DNA of 64,000 nucleotides, from the NCBI GenBank assembly GCA_030141605.1, contig JAQGDQ010000357.1:62001-126000 (forward strand). The letters are read 5' to 3'. This stretch comes from Tubiluchus corallicola (Eukaryota > Animalia > Priapulida). Position 1 is the first letter of the stretch. Each line of letters starts with the position of its first letter. The notes below the pieces were generated by a model. It searched no databases. It was given only the letters and a program-made list of their open reading frames with translations, and was not told where the DNA came from. Both the position numbers and the translations under genes were made by a program. Of this stretch, positions 13,641 to 26,890 are shown piece after piece.

Positions 13641-16600
13641 ATTTTTTGTTGCTGCAGGTATTTGAACCATAGGAGGTATTGCTCCATATACACCAGAAAT
13701 ACCTGGAGGTGGTCTGGTGTTCAACGGTCCTAAAAAACACAACATCATTTTTTATTAGTGTAAATATAATTTCATATGATAGCACAAAGTTCAATGCTAA
13801 GATTATATTAACATTCATTTTTAACAAAATTCATTTGTCTCAGTCACCTAGCACTTGTATGAAAACTCCTGGAGAGAAATTTACCGAACTTAATACAGGT
13901 GACTGAATCAACAGATAATTTTACGTACCCATTGCAAAATGTTTTATTTACAGCTAAAAATTTAACTAGATCACCCGGATTTAACAACAGCACCATTGCC
14001 ACTATTGTATCCCCACGTAAATCATAATCAGATAAATTAACATAATATCTATACTAATTTAAGAATAGCATTATTACCACACATAGATTAATTGGTATGT
14101 ATATAAACCATGTTGGTGCAAACAACTCATAAAAATCAGAGTAATAACAGTTATCAGCAATAAGTTATTAACTTACCAACAGCACCATTCGCAGAAATAT
14201 AGCATCCGGCGCCACGTCCCAATGGTGAAATTCCAGTAGCTAAAAAATCCAAACGCATTACAAAAATACGTGATACCTTGGTGTGGATTTACAAACACAG
14301 ATGTATCAGCTATTTCAGCTCAGACAGATAGCTTACACTAAACATTTAAGAAACAAAGATCGACTTTCACCATGCAGAAGTTCTCATAAAACTTATCGAA
14401 GAAGCATACTGCACATTACAGTGCATCAGAGCAAATCATAAACTTACTTTAATAGCAGTAATAATGGCTTTAACAAAACGAACAAACGAGTTCATGACTA
14501 ACGTAATGAAACATACTAGGCGGATAAGTCGGAAATCCTGCTCCACGTCCAAGGGGTGGAAATCCTGAAGAAGCAGAAATAATTAAAAACCAACAATTTT
14601 ACTGGTATTACTAATAAACCAACAGTTTTTTATTCTGTTTGAAACAAATCAGAAGGAACAGCGTAAACCCAAATTGTAGCTTTATTAGCTATAATTAGTT
14701 TGGTTATTAGTTATAATCATTTCACAAGTTTAAATGCAAAGCCGAACAAAATAAATCAGAAAAGCGTCACTGACACACAACAGTGACTCTGTTATCTGTC
14801 TGTAAATGAGTATAGGAATGTGTTCGAGAAATTACAACATGATGCGTAAAAATATTACAAAATCGTATAATGTCATTGCTAAAAATGATTTTTTATCAGT
14901 CACTTGATGATTTTATAGATTTTACTTACAGATTTTGATATGGGACAATCAAAGTCAAAGACTCTACATTTTTTATCCATGTCACATTAGTTTAAAGCTA
15001 AAGTGAAGCAAGAAAAGTAAACTCTGGCATCCTAAGAATTTAACTGTACCTGCAAGCCTATTTACTTAATTACAGAAATGCTTTATTAAATCCCAAGCTC
15101 ACTGATCAGTAACAGTGTTCACCCTAAAAATGTGGTTCCTTCCTATGCATTACCATTCCTAATTTCCCATCACACTAGATCCTGACAGACAACGAAGAAA
15201 TGTAGGCCTTTTACGCATTTAATTATTTATACACCTTTTGGGGTAATTAAGCGATTTCAACAAAAGCAAAAACAGAATGTTGAATGGCCTGGCTAAGCAA
15301 TGGGCAGCTGAGGACAGAGCAGTTGAGAAATAAATCCAGAAAAATATTACCATTTGTGTATGAGGATGTAGGCACTCCTCTTCCTCTGGACAATGCAGCT
15401 AAGGTGGCAGCACTGTCGTCCCTAACAGGAGGCACTGCAGTAGATGACTTCTGCACTACTAGCGGATTGTGACCAAATATGTTTGCAGCTATCCTATTTG
15501 ATGCAGGGAAACGTGCTGTAAAAGAGTATTTAAATGTTTATTCAAAAATATATCCATGGCCAGTTGGTTTAGCCACTTGAATGTCACAACAGTCCAATAA
15601 TTTTTAATAATATTAAGGAATTTTAAATATTACTGTTTTAAAATAGTAATATCTGTTTTTTTAGTTTCTTTGTTATAATTAAGTTTATTTCGTTTGACAG
15701 TAGATGGCAGCACAATATCTAATTTCATTGCAATGAGTGAAACTTTACATTCAAACTGAGCCATTAATAGGAATTCACCTGTGACATAGATTACAAATGA
15801 GCAGATATAAAAGTCAAAAGTTTTGTGTCTTCACAGTTTGAAAGCTGGCAAACCATATAATAATTTTAAATAGAAAAAAAAAACTACTAAGAAACAAGCT
15901 ACTCCATAGCTGATGCAATAGTTGGAAAGTCATCAAGTCACATTAGAGGGCAATGTCAGGTAGTTTAAATGAGTCAAATAAATAAAAAATGCGAATTCAG
16001 TCTTACATGGTACCAATTCTTGTACACATCACAAAATACAAAAAACAAAAAACAAATACCCACCCACTTTTTCTCCATTGGGCTTCTTTTTCTGAAAAGG
16101 ATAAAAGTTAATCAGTTTATTTAAACCTTGACCACTTGTGCCTTTTTGTGAACATGTTAGTACTGGCACAGGGGCAGTTTCACCTCAGATGTAAATATAA
16201 AGAAAATACTAGTGCATGGCGTGATTGTTGGTGGTTATTAGTACATCATAGCTTCATCTATTTTTATATAAATCATCCCAAAGTAGCTACTCTGGTGAGG
16301 AAAAAACACAAATTTTGCCTTTGAACATTGAAAGGACAAGTCAATTTCAGTTAGTTCAAAGCTATTTCAACAGAGATGCCTTTAATGTGGAATTGTGCAA
16401 TTAGGCATTGAAGTATTATGCAGAACAGTATCATTACCACAGACAATTTTAGACAGTACAGAGTTTCGAAAAACATTGATGAAGAATAGAAATAAAGCAG
16501 GAGCTATTGTAAAACCTCAAGGAATGCCATAATAGATAAAACACAAAGAATGCGGCTAATCTACATGTAATTTATGATTGTTGAGATATAATTACACAAT

Positions 16601-19600
16601 ATACAACACACAACACTGTACTGGTATTATCACCATCTGTGCAACACGAATAGGGTAACATACCACAGGCGAAAACTTACAGTTGGTGCAGTTTTAGGTT
16701 CCCTCATCTGCTGAACAGCTGCAGAAAATGACATCATTTTGGTATCAACCACATTTGCAAGCTGAGCAATGGATTCTTGCATCCCATTCTGTATGATAGA
16801 AGGTGAGTCAGATGTACCCGGTGACCTGAAACATGTGAACAATTGAGAGTATACTGTAATTACCCAAACTTTACTATAAATGTAAAATATACAAATTTGA
16901 AATACATATTTACTTAGAATATGGCTGAATTGAAAACAACACAAATTATAGAAAAAAATCTCTTTCGTGGCAATTTAAATGAAACTAGCGTTTATTCACG
17001 ATACTGACGGATTTCGCACCCAGGCACATTTTCAAAGCTAAATGACACAAATAAACAGATTATTTTGTAGCCATAATGTTAATACGAAGGACCAAAAGTT
17101 CAGCTAATGGAAACTACATGAAGGAACAATTAAGTCTTAGAGGTCTTGCCTATTATTAAACACACAGCATAGTACCACAAATCCTTCATGTGCATGTCAC
17201 GTCTACGTAATAAACCCAAGTTGAATTTAATTGTGCAATCACGTACTTTCCATCATTTGAATTTTTGGTACTTCGTGTTAACATTATGGCTGCAAAATAA
17301 TGTCTGTGTGTCTTTGAATTCTGAAAATGTCCCTAGACACGAATGCATCAGAATAAACACAAGTTTAATTTAAACTGCTGTTTGCTCTAACATTATATAG
17401 CACAAATTATCAAGCTATTAATGAACCTTTGTGGCATAGTTTCACAAATTTGTAAATCATACAACTACAGGTAGCTAAAGCCTTATGTGCATATTATAAA
17501 TTGTTAATTTGCTATGCTTCCTTTGTGATAGAACTGGCACATATCTTGCCATCAGTCCTTTAAGATGAGATGATAAACTTGTAGAAGTGATAGCCTTCTT
17601 CAGAAGTCTTTACATTTTCCCCCCAAATGGCTCTAAGCAATATGATAACTGAAACTGCTCAGAAGCGCTTTTGGCAGTCACCTTTGCTAGGCATTGCTAA
17701 ACTCCAGTTGCTAAGTATGACTGTTTGGCCTTTCTCCCAGCATTATGTGACTTATGTCTTACACTATGTAGAATCTTACTCACAAGCCATTCTGAATTTC
17801 TTCAGCTTCTAGCCTTACTCGTTCGCGATGAAGTCGTTTCTCTGACGGTTTCATGCTAAAAAGAAAATTAATAACAATATTTAAAGCACAAGAAAACGTT
17901 CTAGATAAACAAAGTTTAAAAATTCATCTTGAGATTTTTCCATTTTTTAACTTAAAGGAAAACTGGACCCAATCCTAAACTACAGGTCAAACAATCTGAA
18001 TCGCAAACACGTGCAACACTCTCATAGCTGAGCTAGCCAGCCGTTAGATAAGTTTTTAGCCTATTATTTAATTACCAGAAATGCTTTGGCATTATTATAC
18101 GTGTTAAAATATATTTTACCGTACTTCAAAATGCGGTAGGATAAGAAAAATCCTCCTGTTTTGCTTTAAAATTGCCGAGTTAGTGTAAATTATAGTCAAG
18201 TTTGTAGCATAGTACTGTATTTTAATTTTCGCTTTTTCAAACACATGCAATACATGCTAATGGAACGTCACTGCCATTTGAAAATTGTGTTCACTTGTGG
18301 TTAATTAAGTTTCTAATTTAATATTTAATTATGAGAAACACTTTACAGGTCTTAAAGTGTATATTTTATTGTACTTCAAAAATGGACAAATTCCTTTAAG
18401 ATGCAAGATGAAAAAACCTTAAACAGCTTGCAGTCGCAAAGTAGTTTAAGATCGACCATACTATCAGTAAATAAATGCACATACCCAATCGTGTTGTTAA
18501 ACTGCAGTCCATTTTGCTGCTTTTTAACTAACTCATACTTTGCCTTCAGCTCTGGGTTGGATTCAATAGCCGGGTGGACATGCGGTACAGGGGGCAGAAC
18601 AGGAGGAGCTGCAAAATGAGTGTTGTAACTAAGTAAAATTCTGTAATTAAGTGCAAATAATTTTTTCCAATAAAATTAAGAAAAATACAAGAAAAAGGCA
18701 ACGTAGTATACGTTCATAAGTGTATTAAAATGTAACTTAAATTTCGCATAAAATAATATAAACCACAACAAAAACACTGTAAGCATGCAGATCACAAGTT
18801 AGAGTAATGTAATAAAAATACCATGTCATTAAAATGACAAAAACTTGTGTACATTCTGTTAATAACAGAATGCAAGTTAAAGTACTTAAAAAACAGAAAC
18901 ATGTCAGCGAAATGTAAGATATAGTAGGCGTGCTTAACAAACTCACTTTGGAACCGAAGTGTTTTGACCCAATTAACCGACTGAACCTATTAACCGATGG
19001 GTTCAGTATTACTGGTATAGAGGTAAGAGTCACCAGCTTAGTGTGCACTGCAAAGGTTTTTAATGAATTTTAGAAGCAAAGTAAACCCTAAATTCCTTTG
19101 TACAGTTAAAAATTAGAAAAAATATTTTAAAATATTAATTTATATAAGTGAATTAGCAATAAATTAAAAAGTATACTTTATTAAATCACACAAGTTTGTT
19201 TATTTGCAAAAGTCCTTCAAAGTCGGCTGCTTCATTTTGTCGCGAAGAAGTTGGTTCACAAAGTTCTCATAATGACAAAAACACTGAAAATGTGTTGTTG
19301 TTTGATGCCCAAATTCTTGTAAAATACTTAGTGTGTTGGTGTTTGGCGTGCTTAAACTGTTTTTGTTTCCCCGTGAGTAGCTTCATCTGTAGTTTCACCT
19401 AAGCTCCCACTTGCTATCGTGACGTACTAACTGTACTGTATCTGCGTCCCTGGTATAACAGCAACATCTACTGATTAAACTTTCTGGCAAAGACAGCCAG
19501 AGCTTCAAAAGCAAATGGCTACGCAAGTGATTAAATGTTTAGCTTCCAGGAATTCTTGGGTAACAAGCGGACATGCGGGTCAAAGGAAACCATTAGGCTA

Positions 19601-20871
19601 GCATATTAGCATATGATAAACATTCCAGTTTACAAACAAAATGATACTTACCATGATTGCTTGTATGTATATTATAGGACAAAAGCGAACTAAGATGACA
19701 TAAAAGTCATAAAAGCTTATTAGTCACACGAAAGTGTCTTATTGAAGCATGTGAAGGAAAAATACTGAGTCAATTATGCGGAGTTATTTGAGCCAATTAC
19801 CGATAGTTTTTATGTACATGTGAATAGAAGCGGCCCATAGGTACCAGGCTAGTTTTTGAGTCAATTAAGCGACTGAATCTATTAACTGTGAGTTTGTTAA
19901 GCGGCGCCTATTGTAGTTATTAGTTAACAAATACTAGCTCATCTAATACTTACACAAATCCCAATTTTCCATAAAATCGTCCTGGATTGTTGCGTTCTCA
20001 TTGTCTAAATAAGAGGGTTCATTCAAAATAATTTCGTTGCCGTATGCTGAAACAACAACACTAATAATGTGCATCTGAAAAGCAGTTTTTAACTAGCATA
20101 TACCACACAACGACAACAGTGCACTCACTTATTTAAATGCAATTAAAATGGAATATAATTAAGATGATGAAAATCAGTTTAATCCACTTACCACATTAGA
20201 TTAACTGCTATAAATATCCACGAAAAATAGAATTGTACTTACTCATATTTCTTTCTATTATTGCTTTATCTGGACAAGTTTCGACATGGTATCTATAGTC
20301 AGACTTCAGTATAACGTGTCGGGCATTAAAAGGACAAGTTTCATGATTTTCGCCAGGATGATTCTGCAATTTAAAGTAAATCAGCCTTTTCAAAGTTTCA
20401 CTACATGCACACGCGCAGTTGGTGTAGATCAAAGGTTAACTGAACCCAGCGGGTCTTATTTAAATACAATTGTCATGTGACCTTATGCACGTAATTACAT
20501 GTAGGTGAGACACATAGTTATTTTGTTATTATAATACTATATGTCTATGTTTTAGACTAACATGTTATTCTCATCCTTAACCTTTGATCTTTTCACGATC
20601 ACCATTATCGCTGGAACTATGAAATGGCTTACTCAAATTAAAGCATTTTAAAAGCAAGATTCATTCGAAATGGTAAACGGTACTAAGAAACAAGACTTTA
20701 TATCTCGAATCGCAAATTAAACAGCTAGTAAAAACTTAATTAATTTACCACAAAAATTACCTTTTTGCATTTGGCCAAATGATATGGCATACGCGTGACA
20801 CGAATTTGGTGGGCTGGGTTATATGGGCAGGTGACTAATTGCATGGGGTTGGGATCCATATTGTGCGACAT
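13641..20871 (-). CDS. GTSF1: Gametocyte-specific factor 1 (Asterix/Cue110), two CHHC zinc fingers plus long C-terminal extension; 3' end uncertain
   Basis: Phase-consistent exons 20871-20761, 20363-20243, 20046-19954, 18608-18485, 17855-17784, 16825-16681, 16091-16064, 15515-15351, 14564-14517, 14239-14177, 13729-13641 (353 codons). CHHC fingers CPYNPAHQIRVTRMPYHLAKC and CPFNARHVILKSDYRYHVETC; acidic Trp motif DDFMENWD. Family call strong; distal exons rest on splice and phase consistency only. Confidence 0.88.
16974..17374. mobile_element. Foldback/MITE with ~150-bp imperfect inverted arms in a GTSF1 intron
   Basis: attattttgtagccataatgttaatacgaaggaccaaaa versus ttttggtacttcgtgttaacattatggctgcaaaataat; arms ~16974-17133 and ~17227-17374. 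Confidence 0.75.
17956..18395. mobile_element. Possible Kolobok-type non-autonomous element
   Basis: TTAA|AGGAA...TTCCT|TTAA termini; TIR short and weak. Confidence 0.35.
18927..19908. mobile_element. MITE (982 bp) in a GTSF1 intron
   Basis: TIRs GGCGTGCTTAACAAACTCAC and GTGAGTTTGTTAAGCGGCGCC, TA on both flanks; subterminal CAATTAAnCGACTGAA repeats. Confidence 0.8.
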
Positions 20872-21250
20872 TGTTGTTTATTTGCGTCTCTGAACTGCAA
20901 AAAATGAAGAAAATTTAAACATAAACTTATCAGCTTGCTTTACTGTGAAAGTAAAGAGATGAACAACAAAACCATTATCACTTTTTTATTTTCCTGATCG
21001 TATAGTATTTAAGTGATTTGTATCTGTATAGATTATATATTGATTTAATCGATTCGCTTTTTATTTACTCAATTGCTACAAGGTGATTTATCACCCGGCT
21101 CCGAGGGCTTTAGATGAGTCTATCGGGCAATAATTTTGTCCCTCAAGACTGACACTTCGACCTCGCATTGTGAGTAAAGTCGTTGTCCCTCAAGCTATCT
21201 AGCGATCCCTCAAGATCCCAATTATCCGCGATTCTTTAGAACCTCTTCGC

Positions 21251-21582
21251 TTGGCGTCTTCGAACGCCGATACAAGCTTGGCGTCTTCAAGCGCCGATAC
21301 AAGCTTGGCGTCTTCAAGCGCCGATACAAGCTTGGCATCTTCGAACGCCGATACAAGCTTGGCGTCTTCGAACGCCGATACAAGCTTGGCGTCTTCGAAC
21401 GCCGATACAAGCTTGGCGTCTTCAAGCGCCGATACAGGCTTGGCGTCTTCAAGCGCCGATACAAGCTTGGCGTCTTCAAGCACCGATACAAGCTTGGCGT
21501 CTTCGAACGCCGATACAAGCTTGGCGTCTTCAAGCGCCGATACAAGCTTGGCGTCTTCAAGCGCCGATACAAGCTTGGCGTC
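21251..21582. repeat. 27-bp minisatellite, 12 full copies, inside the left arm of an inverted duplication
   Basis: Unit TTGGCGTCTTC(G/A)A(A/G)CGCCGATACAAGC, no spacers. Confidence 0.97.
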
Positions 21583-22971
21583 GGCCGTAAAATTCCCTTC
21601 CAAAGATTTTGCCTATTGCGACTTTTTTGTTAATTAAGAGCAACTCTGCATAAGGCTATAAAGAACGATTATGTCCTCACTGAACAGATGCCTGTTTACT
21701 CTCAGCAAACGATAAAAAACACACCTGGAATAATTTGCTTCTCATTAAATCCGCTACCATTGCTTACCAGCTGGATGAGTTTCTCTATTAATCAATAAAT
21801 TTATCTTATCAAATCATCCAATCAGGGAGGCATATATTTTATCTCCAAATTATCGATTCATAAATTTATTCACGACACCATCAACTGAATGCGACATTGG
21901 TGACTTAGCGATCTACAGAATGAAGCAAATTCTAATACGTATTAAAACTCATTCCAATAGCCATTATTCTAGCTTAATATTAATGACATTTTCTTAGTTA
22001 ACATTAGTGTTACTCTATCAACACTAGTTAATTTACAAAGCTGTTAATTTTAAACTGATGTACTAGACCCAAAACAGCAGCAGCACCAGTCATTCTCACT
22101 AGCAGTAATAAAAAGTGCAAGAACTAGACTTTGCTTACAACTTGTAAAAGAGAATCATTTATTTAGCAAGTACTGTTTAGCACTCTGTTCATCACTTACC
22201 GTGCAACCTCGAGTCGAACCACTGACCCACTTTTATGTTATAAGAACTACAGTTAGTATTTCAGAACACGACCTGCACGACTGCTAGTTGTTAAAGGTAG
22301 CAATAAAATTACTGCGTACTGTCACGGGTATGTGAGGCATGTCTAATTAATAGCCTACAGGCGGCACAATTCACATACTGTTTACCGAAAAAACGAAAAA
22401 AGCCGTTTTACGTAAGTTTGTTACTAGCTTTGGTCAAATCACAACCGATAATTAAATCTACCATACGTGTACAGCGACACTGATCATCGGTGTGCAGACT
22501 GTTACAGTAGTTAGGAATTATGCCCCGTTTATACGATCAGTTTTTAAAATGTCAAACTAAAACTAAAAAACAACTTTGAAGAAAAAACTGATTGTCTAAA
22601 CGAGGATTAACTACCTCACTCACAGAACTGAACCTATGAAGTCAGCATCAAAGTGCGAAATTCTTAAAACTATTTTACCATGAAGAGGATCCATGTTAAA
22701 CCCTGATTAGGCCTGTCATACTACAACTGAAAATGCAATATCCGTAAAGGCACAACAACACAGACTGTAATAACAAACACAACATATGAAGTTTAGAAAA
22801 AATAATGAACAACGATAAGTCTTACAAGTTAATAAAGCCGAAACCTAAAAAAATAATACTGTACCAAAGTAAAATAATCATCACATCGCAAGCAAGTGAA
22901 ACGTCAAGTATACACTCACCCTTCCCGTTTCTGTTGTATTTTGTGTATAACTTCCAACTTGCTTGCTTTAA

Positions 22972-23243
22972 CGGGTTTCCCCGTTTTCATTCACCCGATG
23001 CGAACTACGTTTACACTGCGCGATAACGTTATCATAAAATCTACACAGACAGTGTTGCTAAGCCTGCTATTAACCGTATAATACCACCGGGTTTCCCCGT
23101 TTTCTTTCACAACGATGCAACTAGGTTTACACTGTCGCGACGCTGTTATCATAAAATGTACGCAGATCGTGTTGCTAAGCGTGCTATTAACCTGTGTAAT
23201 ACGACCGGGTTTCCCCGTTTTCTTTTGCAACGATACAACTACG
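22972..23243. repeat. ~117-bp tandem repeat, 2.3 copies, in the probable GTSF1 5' region
   Basis: Units begin CGGGTTTCCCCGTTTT at ~22972, ~23088 and ~23206. Minus-strand donors near 22200 (gtaagt) and 22920 (gtgagt) suggest non-coding 5' exons; CCAAT and TGACGT at ~23347-23376. Confidence 0.8.
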
Positions 23244-25070
23244 TGACCGTGTTACTAAGTAGTATTAAATTGTTCTGATTTAGAGCTAGAAGTATAAGTT
23301 CATCCAAATTTAGAGTTACGATAACCTGAAGTTACGGGCAACCCAACCAATCAAATGCGTCTACTGCCCTGACGTAACATCGTAATAAAAGACTAAATAA
23401 ACTGGTGGCACCATCTATTAAGAAAATGGTTAACGATTTATCTAAAAAAACAGCCTTTTTAGTTTAAAAGAGCAATACCTTTGTTATTTTTTATTTAATG
23501 AGTATGTAATAAAGCTAGTAGTGTAACAATAGGAGATCAGAGCTTAATAAACCAAAATGTTATTCTGCTATTACTAGTTTAGCCTTGTAAACTCTGGTGT
23601 TTTCTTCCAGTTTCAGTCAGTCTTCTAACATGTTTTTTCTCTTTTTATGATTCACTGTCAATGACAATAATGTTTAGATACAATACTGGAAATCAGTTAG
23701 TCTTAATAAGTTATCCCGGCAAATTAATCAGCATTATTATTATTTCTTGCGCATGTGCTATATAACCTAATTTTATTACGAAGTGTAGAGACTACTGTTT
23801 GGACAACTATGAATCATTTTATGATAAGGTGAATTTTGTTTAAATTTTATAAATATAGTGAATTTTGGAAAACGAGTGATTGTTTCAGTAATGTTGTAAT
23901 GCAATTTGCCAATTTAATCAGGTAACACGTAATATAAAAAAACATTAAATATTGGGCGCATCAAATGTGGCTACAATTCTGCTTGCAACATCAATAAATA
24001 ACTAGAACATGACTTCGATTCACTTTAACAAATATCAGCTAAAATCAGCTAAGTCAGTTTGAAAAACAATAGGAAGACATTATGTAAAATTTAACTCAGC
24101 TTAATCAAATGATTGAGTAGGTCTGCTAGTGCTGAAGAAGTATTGCCCGTGGTCTAATATTATCTAATCTAATCTAATATGATAATTTTCGGGCCGATTG
24201 CATGACCCTCGAACTTTAAATTGGCAAATCAAATTATAAGTTTTGTTTTTATAAACCAGGTGTTGCCCCTTTCAGATACATAATGATTGTTTAGTAAATT
24301 GCGAGCTGTTGATAATGCCAATATACTGTATTAATTTTTCTTGACTGAGAAGAAGGCGCTTAACATTTTTTGCTAAACCAACAAACAGTGACAGCTGTTC
24401 TCCTCACCTCAGAAATATAATGAATCAAATTCTATAATTATATTCCGATAAATTTACTTAATAGGCATATGTATATAGATATATATACGCCTATGTATGT
24501 CATGTCATATATGTATGTCACGCGATGCATATATATTATACGTGTCGTGAATAAATTTATGAATCGATAATTTGGAGATAAAATATATGCCTCCCTGATT
24601 TGATGATTTTATAAGATAAATTTATTGATTAATAGAGGAACTCATCCAGCTGGTAAGCACGGATTTAATGAGAAGCAAATTATTCCCGGTGTGCTTTTTA
24701 TCGTTTGCTGCGAGTAAACAGGCATCTGTTCAGTGAGGACATAATCGTTCTTTATAGCCTTATGCAGAGTTGCTCTTAATTAACAAAAAAGTCGCAACAG
24801 GCAAATTTCTTTGGAAGAGGAATTTTATGGCCGACGCCAAGCTTGTATCGGCGCTCGAAGACGCCAAGCAAAGAGGTTCTGAAGAATCGCCGATAATTGT
24901 CCTGATTTTTTAAAAATTTTCCCGATTTTTGCTCTAAACCGATAATAGCTATTACATGTAAACTTCCACAATATCCGACTCTATTTGAACGCCTCTCTAG
25001 ATGTTTACCAAACACTTTGCAATTTGTTTACATAAAATGTGTAAACAGTGTAAGTTGTTGGCTATTTGAT

Positions 25071-25908
25071 CGGAGAATTGTCAAAGGGACAAAAGACCAC
25101 CGGCCAAAGGATCATCAGTTAGAGGATTGGCTAAGGACCAACGATCAAAGGACAACCAATGGATGTGTTGACAGAAGCTTTAGTGAAATTGCAACATTGC
25201 GTGCCGTTAATCTTTTGTTTAATAAAATATAACTGATAATTTTTAATGATAACATTAATGATTAATAAATGTCTTTTTTAATTAAAATTTATTTCGTACG
25301 TTTATTAGCTTTGCAAGAAAAGTTAAAATACTCAGCCTGTATACGAGGCTTAATAGATAAAATTGATGTATTTTGTTTCCAGTGCACCTTGTTGTTCTCT
25401 TACCTATTGATTTTTTCCACAGGTTGTTCCGCAGGTGGAAAACGCATACGCGTACGCGTCCGGATGCTGGGTAAACGCCACTTCAACTGTGCACTACTAA
25501 CCTGTCGGTGCGACTTCTTTGTTGTTGCGGTAACATCTTGGCTCCAAAAGATTGCTGCTTTTTGTCTAATGTTAATTAGCGAAGAGACGAAGTAAAGAAG
25601 AGACTTAGTTCTCATGGATCACATCATTTTTATCAAGATATTATTTCCAAATTGTTTTGCTGAACCTAATAATATTAACTTTAAATTTTTTTATGCATTT
25701 TAAGTTTCTAAGGATTTAAATTTAATTTTTTATCTATAAATAAATAATGTGGAACTTTTCAGTTTAACCTCTGTGCTTACACGATGTATGTCACACGATT
25801 TTTTTGGTTGATATTTGCCTGTCCTGCTAATTTTTATTCGGTTGTCCTTTAAGCTGGTAGTCATTTGTCCGGTGGTCCTTTGTCCTGTGGTACTTTGACC
25901 GTTCCCCG
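25071..25908. mobile_element. MITE-like element with imperfect TIRs and GGACAAAnGACCACC subterminal repeats
   Basis: Left cggagaattgtcaaagggacaaaagaccaccgg; right ccggtggtcctttgtcc...tttgaccgttccccg. No TSD recognised. Confidence 0.65.
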
Positions 25909-25915
25909 TCATTTT

Positions 25916-26315
25916 ACCGTACTCAGTAGCATCACTCAACGTTTGGCTGTGCTAGTTCACGCATTATACGCGCAACATTGGCCATAATCAGAAGGACCTA
26001 GATGAATAACTTAATAGTAAATAAATAAATAAGTACATATGAAGTCAGTAAAATTCACTAGCGGAAGTAGTTTTGTTTAACTTGTTTTTATTAATATTAC
26101 TCATCATAGTTGTTTACAGTAATAATAAACGCAGTTCATTCCCATGAAATATGGTTGGTTAGCATTTCTAAAACCAAATTCTGAAGTGACGTCTTGGATT
26201 ATCAAGAAAGCACCCTATAACAATTATACTATTTATTAAAATTAGTAAAATATATACATTCAGTCGAAAAACGATTGCTACATTTCTAGTTGTTTAGATG
26301 AAGCAATATTACCAG
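25916..26315 (+). repeat. Diverged direct repeat of 45435-45868
   Basis: Shared blocks, e.g. identical TTCTGAAGTGACGTCTTGGATTATCAAGAAAGCAC, gcagttcattccca and aaaacgattgcta. Confidence 0.85.
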
Positions 26316-26469
26316 CAAAGTTAATGTTCACGAGAAAAAAAAATACATAAGTAATCGACACTAATAATAATAATAATTATTATTATTACTACTATTATTA
26401 TTATTATTATTAATATTATTATTATCTATCTATTATATTAATATTCTTGGTATGGGCTTAATTTATTTA

Positions 26470-26890
26470 TATATATATAAGATTCGAGGCTACAGCTTCG
26501 ACGACGGCACCATTTGCGGCGATCTATACATCAAACGAAAGGTCTCGATCTAGTGTCGTCTCATTGATGGTTTATTTTTCGAATCGGGCCCATTTTTCGG
26601 CCGTTTTTTGCAAAAGTTATACGGCTGATGTGGAGAACGGGAATGGGCCGAGGGTGGTGCTGGCTATGGATAGATAGCCCGTTGAGCGATGGGTGTCATA
26701 GGCATATTTAGAATTCGCGAGACGGCCACGGCGTTTTCCCGGACCCAACTCGCGATTTTTTCGAAATTTTGACCAAACAGCCTGCGGAAAAAACGTTCTA
26801 GCGGCGCCTGGTGGGACTCTCGGAAGGAGATATATAGCTCTTTAGAAAGAGGAAGAACAGGGCTATTCGATCATGTAAGATATATGTTAG
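26470..26890 (+). mobile_element. GC-rich interspersed repeat fragment, possibly Helitron-like
   Basis: Abrupt GC/CpG-rich block after (TA)n containing CATCAAACGAAAGGTCTCGA; family assignment is recall only. Confidence 0.3.

Larger units (their letters stand above)
21219..24899. repeat. Inverted repeat pair: arms 21219-21878 and 24542-24899
   Basis: Near-identical reverse complements over ~350 bp of shared sequence; the right arm has one full 27-bp unit plus a partial where the left has 12 plus the same partial. Confidence 0.95.

Noticed and set aside
20192-20207. GTSF1 micro-exons (this one and 13929-13953)
   Set aside because: Lengths of 16 and 25 nt break the frame; the first needs a 35-nt intron; the flanking exons join in phase without them.
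21251-21582. CRISPR-like array, or repeat-protein ORFs in three frames
   Set aside because: Units are head-to-tail with no unique spacers, the context is a eukaryotic intron, and the ORFs arise only because the 27-bp unit lacks stops.
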